From positions 184,450,001 to 184,514,000 of the forward strand of contig OZ024743.1 in NCBI GenBank assembly GCA_964016885.1: a stretch of 64,000 nucleotides of DNA, given 5' to 3'. The notes below the pieces were generated by a model. It saw only the letters and a program-made list of their open reading frames with translations. It ran no database searches and was not told the DNA's origin. The DNA is from Eledone cirrhosa. Lineage: Eukaryota. Positions within the stretch are counted from its first letter, which is position 1. Each line of letters begins with the position of its first letter. Position numbers and translations under genes: made by a program. Positions 61,606 through 64,000 of the stretch are shown here, in pieces.

Positions 61606-62081
61606 TCAGGCACACATGTATATATGTACGTATCAGTTTATATATATATATACATGCTACTGTACGTCTGTATACATATATGTATGTACGTATACATACA
61701 TACTTACATTTAAGTAAGTGCCGTACTAAGAGTGAGAAATGTAATTTCGTTTCATTCTATTCCAATTTATCGTTTTCGGTGCGCCTGGCCGACTGAACTC
61801 ACTCGATATACAAATTAGGCTGCTCAGCCGTTAATTTTCATAAGGAAAGTATATACTTTCGAACGTTCAACCATCTGGCAGAAGGGTATACGGTGCTGAC
61901 GATAGCTAACCAGCTTGAAACTAGTACATCGTTCCTGTGTCAGTGTTGAACAAAAAGGTGACGTGGTTGCCTTAACACCGTACGGCATAAATCAGGCTGT
62001 CCGTTTGTTTACAAACGAACAAAGCGAACGTTATAATAAATGTTCGCTAAACTGATACGTACATATATATATGTGTGCCTG

Positions 62082-62132
<51 letters not shown>

Positions 62133-62245
62133 GCTACTGTACGTCTGTATACATATATGTATGTACGTATACATACATACTTACATTTAAGTAAGTGCCG
62201 TACTAAGAGTGAGAAATGAAATTTTGTTTCATTCTATTCCAATTT
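61500..62245 (+). mobile_element. Family R1 repeat, copy 3 (diverged subfamily): inverted 5' piece (61500-61640) plus ~1.25-mer tandem
   Basis: 61650-61770 is repeated at 62127-62245; reverse-complement homology to 48318-48933. Confidence 0.85.
61890..61932 (+). ncRNA. Minimal type I hammerhead ribozyme motif with palindromic stem III (ACTAGT); predicted cleavage after 61926
   Basis: acggtg CTGACGA tagct aacc agctt GAAA ctag TA catcgt. Confidence 0.75.
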
Positions 62246-62280
62246 AATATAATGTATGTATATATAATATATATATAATA

Positions 62281-62632
62281 TAATATATATATATATATAT
62301 CATCATCATCATTTTACGTCTGCTTTTCCTTGCTTGCAAGGGTGGGACGGGAACTGATTCTGGCTTGATTTCTACAGCTGGATGCCCTTCCTAACACCAA
62401 CCTCATTTACAGTGAGTGCTGGGTGCTTTTTTGCCGTGGCACCTACACCACTTTGCAGTGGAATGATAGGGACCCCAGTCCCTATCATCTCATTTCTACA
62501 GCTGAGTAAACTGGAGCAATGTGAAATAAAGTGTCTTGCTCAAGGAAACAACACATCACCCGGTCTGAGAATTGAACTCACAACCTTTTGATTGCAAGGC
62601 CAATGCTCTAACCACTAAGCCATGTGCCTCCA
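62281..62632 (-). mobile_element. Second SINE family: tRNA head + CORE-like body + RTE-type tail
   Basis: Minus strand GGAGGCACATGGCTTAGTGG (A box), GAGTTCAATTC (B box), CCTTGAGCAAGACACTT, then GGTGTTAGGAAGGGCATCCAGC and an (ATG)n tail. Confidence 0.75.
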
Positions 62633-62659
62633 TGTAATATAATATAATATATATATATA

Positions 62660-63220
62660 ATCATCATCATCATCACCGTTTTACGTCCATGTTTCCACGC
62701 TAGCATGGGTTAGAAGAGTTCTCCTGTTGAGGGCAATGCTAGGTCAAGTGACCATGTCTTGCTCATACAGAACAGATATTGGTTACCTTTCCTAACACCA
62801 ACCCCATTTACAATGAGTACTGAGTGTTTTTTATCATGTCACCTACACGACCACTTTACAGAGTAGACTGGGTGCTTTTTGTCTTGAAACCTACATATCC
62901 ACTTTACAGTGTGGGCTGGGTGTTTTTTGTCATGACACCTACATGATCACTTTACAGTGGGCGCATGGAGGGTGGGGCATACTGTGTATGTGCTTCAGCT
63001 TCAACCTGTGTCAATGAGAAGTTGGGTCTTCTGTATTATTGCATAATGTTAAAGATCTCGGTCCTGTGTCATCGCCTTTGAGAGGTGCAATTGGGCATGG
63101 TAAGCTTTTATCACCTCATCCCAAGTATTCCTGGGTCTCCCCACTCCAAGACTTCCATTGACTTTGAGTGCTCTGAACCTTTTTATATAGCTGTTATCCT
63201 TCATATGCATTACATGTCCC
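62660..63220 (-). mobile_element. RTE LINE 3' fragment
   Basis: Reverse-complement homology to 58571-59088 (GHVMHMKDNS..GRPRNTW). Confidence 0.82.
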
Positions 63221-63299
63221 ACCTGGATTACGCACTGTATGTCATTATTGCACCCCTATAACTCCATCAGGAGTTATAGCACCATACACACAAATTATA

Positions 63300-63452
63300 G
63301 TACAGGTATAACAAATTTTTCAGTATAACAACATTTGTTTCATCCCTGGCCACACACTCAATATGTTAGGTCGATCTTATTATAAATAATTTTTTGTTAC
63401 AACAAATTTTTTTTATACCCCGTGAATTTCGTTATAGCGGAATTTCACTGTA
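63300..63452. mobile_element. Possible pogo/Tigger-like MITE end
   Basis: Ends TTCGTTATAGCGGAATTTCACTG|TA, with internal TATAAC/GTTATA subrepeats. Confidence 0.45.
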
Positions 63453-64000
63453 TAAGAGGTCAGCTTCCAACAAGCTGAGACAATGATGTGATTTTAATCC
63501 TTAACTAAAGCCATTTTACTTCTCTGACATTACTCACACCTTTAAGAAAGACATAATGCTGCCCTTCATGTCACTTTTAAGTGGAACTTTTGTGCATTCT
63601 AAGTTCAAATCGTGTCATTGAAAAAACAATGACGCTTCTTCCAGGAGTAGCGACTATTAATAATGGAAGACCAATGAAAACATAGTTTCCTTGGTTTGAT
63701 CTGATGGTTGGCACCTTTCCTTTTCCTGCACTTCTAGACATGTTGCTTCTATTGCAGCTTGTGAGAGTTCATGTCTCCCTCATAGTGAAGGATAGTTAAC
63801 CAACAACTAGTTATGACTGTCACAATTTGCTCTGCAAACTGGGGTTGATAGTTGGAATGAGGAAATCCACTTACTGCTTATGTGCATCTGCAGCATAAAA
63901 AAATCCATACTGTTGGGTGGCAGAAAAACTTTCTGGGTTAGAAAGTTTTTTTGGTTAACCATTAAACTCAGTGAAGAGGTCTCATCATTGTCAGATGATT

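Noticed and set aside
63455-64000. Unique-looking sequence as a possible host exon
   Set aside because: No ORF of 60 aa or more and no recognisable motif; cannot be assigned without a search

Overview
Eukaryotic, AT-rich window made almost entirely of transposable elements. I see no host gene. The SINE, RTE and (AT)n/(AAT)n/(ATC)n repertoire suggests an octopus-like cephalopod, which is inference. Bases 1-26,150 are a chain of retroelements joined by (AAT)n runs: about 7 R4/Dong-clade RT-RLE elements on + (one with an uninterrupted 1043-aa ORF), two Tx1-clade LINEs on -, and tRNA-derived SINEs, with a nested Helitron and a non-coding LTR element. Bases 26-41 kb hold a degraded Gypsy element, CRE-clade and RTE fragments, and MITEs. 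Bases 41-64 kb hold a Penelope-like GIY-YIG fragment, Helitrons (one with a PIF1 helicase C-terminus) and RTE LINEs. They also hold several unrelated non-coding 320-580 bp repeats that carry minimal type I hammerhead ribozyme motifs. These occur as 1.1-1.5-mer tandems, often with an inverted 5' piece, and look like non-LTR retrozymes or non-autonomous Penelope elements. The ribozyme repeats and the shared (AAT)n targeting by Dong, Tx1 and SINE elements are the best leads. All calls were made by eye and boundaries are approximate.
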